Positions 61,974 through 64,000 of a stretch of 64,000 bases of DNA are shown here, piece after piece. Source of the DNA: Nemertoderma westbladi (lineage: Eukaryota > Animalia > Xenacoelomorpha); the NCBI GenBank assembly GCA_032718475.1, contig JAUCBJ010001520.1, forward strand, positions 32,703-96,702, read 5' to 3'. Numbering within the stretch: position 1 is the first letter of the stretch; each line of letters starts with the position of its first letter. The notes beneath the pieces were generated by a model, which saw only the letters and a program-made list of their open reading frames with translations, did not search any database and was not told where the DNA came from. The translations under genes were made by a program, and so were the position numbers.

Positions 61974-63448
61974 ATCGAGTTCCGGCTGAGATTGAGGGGT
62001 TTATACACAAGCGCGGGAAAATCTTAGTTTAAACGCTCTGATTTACTGTACCACTTACTGTTCCACTTTGTCGCTGTTCCACTTTGTCGCTAGGCAACTC
62101 TAACAACATTCACTAACTAACAGCATACAGTTTACTATTGTTTGATGTAGGCTAATTTTAGTTATAAAGATTAAGATATTTATATTATTAGTTTGACACA
62201 ACAATGTAATGCTCATTGTTTAAGATTATTTTTATTCGTTTGTAGCGACACTGTAGGGGTTGTCTTCCTATTATTATCGGCCTTCTGTATTCACGAATGT
62301 TATTAGGGCTACATAAAAATGTTTTGGACCTTATTCTTTCTTTAATAATGGTAATAAACCATCTCCACAGTTTTTTTAAACCTGAAATTTCACATCGGAT
62401 TTGAACGCATTTATGATAATCACAGTGTATTCCGATTATGTTCTAGAACACGGTGGTGATGGATAGCTATACCTATGTTTGTTTATAGCAACATATTAGC
62501 TATATTAAAATTAAACCCACACACAACCAATGAATGCGGATATATTTATATATTGAAACAATAGTAAAAATAAATAGGAAATTGAAAGAAAATATAAGGT
62601 CCAACTTTATCTATCAACTTTATCAATCAGCTGTGTTTGCAGTTTCGCACACTGAGAGCAACACAAACATGGCGAAATATCACCGTTCAATAAGAACGTG
62701 TTTTGTTCCCAATTGCATGAACTCAAGTAGAACAAATCCAGGTAAACTATTTTTTCAAGTTCTTTTTCAATGTTGTGTTGCTGTGTGCGAACACAGGTGA
62801 GTTCAATAAATTTGGACCATTATTCTCTTTCAATTTCCTATTTATTTTTACTCTCATTTCGTGCTCATGGTGTTTCAATATTTTTAAATATATCCGCATT
62901 CGTTGGTTATGTGTGGGTTTAATATGGCTAAATATGTTGCTATAAATAAACAAACATAGTACATACTGTATGTGTATCGCTATCAATCGTGTTCTAGAAC
63001 ATAATCGCAATACACTGTGATATTATCATAAATGCGTTTAAATCCGATGTGAAATTTCAGGATTAAAAAAACTGTGGAGATGGTTTAAAGCATTTTTACA
63101 GAAAGAATAAGGTCCAAAACTTGTAGCCCTAATAACATTCGTGAATACAGTAGGTAGGCCTATAATACAAGGAAGACAACCCCTACAGTGTCGCTACAAA
63201 CGAATAAAAATAATCTTAAACAATGAACATTACATTTGTGTCTAACTAATAATATAAATATCTTAATTTTTATAACTAAAATTACACCTACATCAAACAA
63301 TAGTAAACTGTATGCTGTTAGCTAGTGAATGTTGTTAGCGTTGCCTAGCGACAAAGTGGAACAGTAAGTGGTACAGTAAATCAGAGCGTTTAAACTAAGA
63401 TTTTCCCGCGCTCGTGTATAAACCCCTCAATCTCAGCCGGAACTCGAT
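61974..63448. mobile_element. About 1.47-kb palindromic non-autonomous DNA transposon enclosing a truncated THAP-domain start
   Basis: Arms of about 690 bp, ATCGAGTTCCGGCTGAGATTG... / ...CAATCTCAGCCGGAACTCGAT. The about 100-bp spacer encodes MAKYHRSIRTCFVPNCMNSSRTNPGKLFFQV from ATG 62669. Confidence 0.85.
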
Positions 63449-64000
63449 GAATTTAAAAACTGTTTTCAGATTCGTGATCAGCACACCTTTTTCATTTTAT
63501 GGATGTGTTTATAGAAAATTTTTTTTGAGTCACCAACCCTATTTTGTTCCAGACAAACTTTACTTTTAACTATTAATTGATTAAAGTAGGCTACCTCTAC
63601 ATGGTTTCTTATTTAGTTTCCAGAACAACGAAATTTGTCACTCATTATATCATTTTTATTAGAATGTTATCTCAGGTTAATGGAGGTATCTATTTTCCAG
63701 CGAATCACCATCCAAAAAAACCAATGTTCGCTAAAATTATCTCTTTGGCATTTATGGCAACAACTATTGCGCTTAGTTTAGACAAAGCAAGACAGCAAGA
63801 TACATGCTTTTAACCGATTTAGTTAACAGCCAACAATGAATCTTCAAATGAGGGGAGATTTTCGGCTCAATCAAAATTAATCCCTCTCCAGGGGATAATC
63901 GATGCAAATAACAGGTGATTACTCTCAAAAATTATTGCATTTGGATTGGTAATATTTGATGAAATTGAAAGCTATCTAATGCAGATTATATTTCAAAAAC

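Overview
AT-rich eukaryotic genomic DNA, most likely from an invertebrate animal: it has spliceosomal GT-AG introns and metazoan LINE, SINE and DNA-transposon families. It is not prokaryotic, and I see no CRISPR array or rRNA. There are four host genes, all on the minus strand: two tandem-duplicated 4-exon secreted CAP/SCP (PR-1/Ag5) genes about 18.85 kb apart, an intronless type II membrane fibrinogen-domain protein, and an intronless casein kinase I gamma-like gene with an unusual Cys-rich insert inside the kinase domain. The rest is a dense, nested set of repeats. These include a near full-length RTE-X-like LINE interrupted by a younger RTE LINE, CR1-group, L2 and CRE fragments, a tRNA-derived SINE, and a Penelope remnant with a minimal hammerhead ribozyme motif. 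There are also piggyBac-type TTAA MITEs, a Mutator/foldback-type element with a 9-bp TSD, a 1.47-kb palindrome enclosing a THAP start, a Helentron-like insertion and several minisatellites. All family assignments come from motif recognition by eye; no database search was run.
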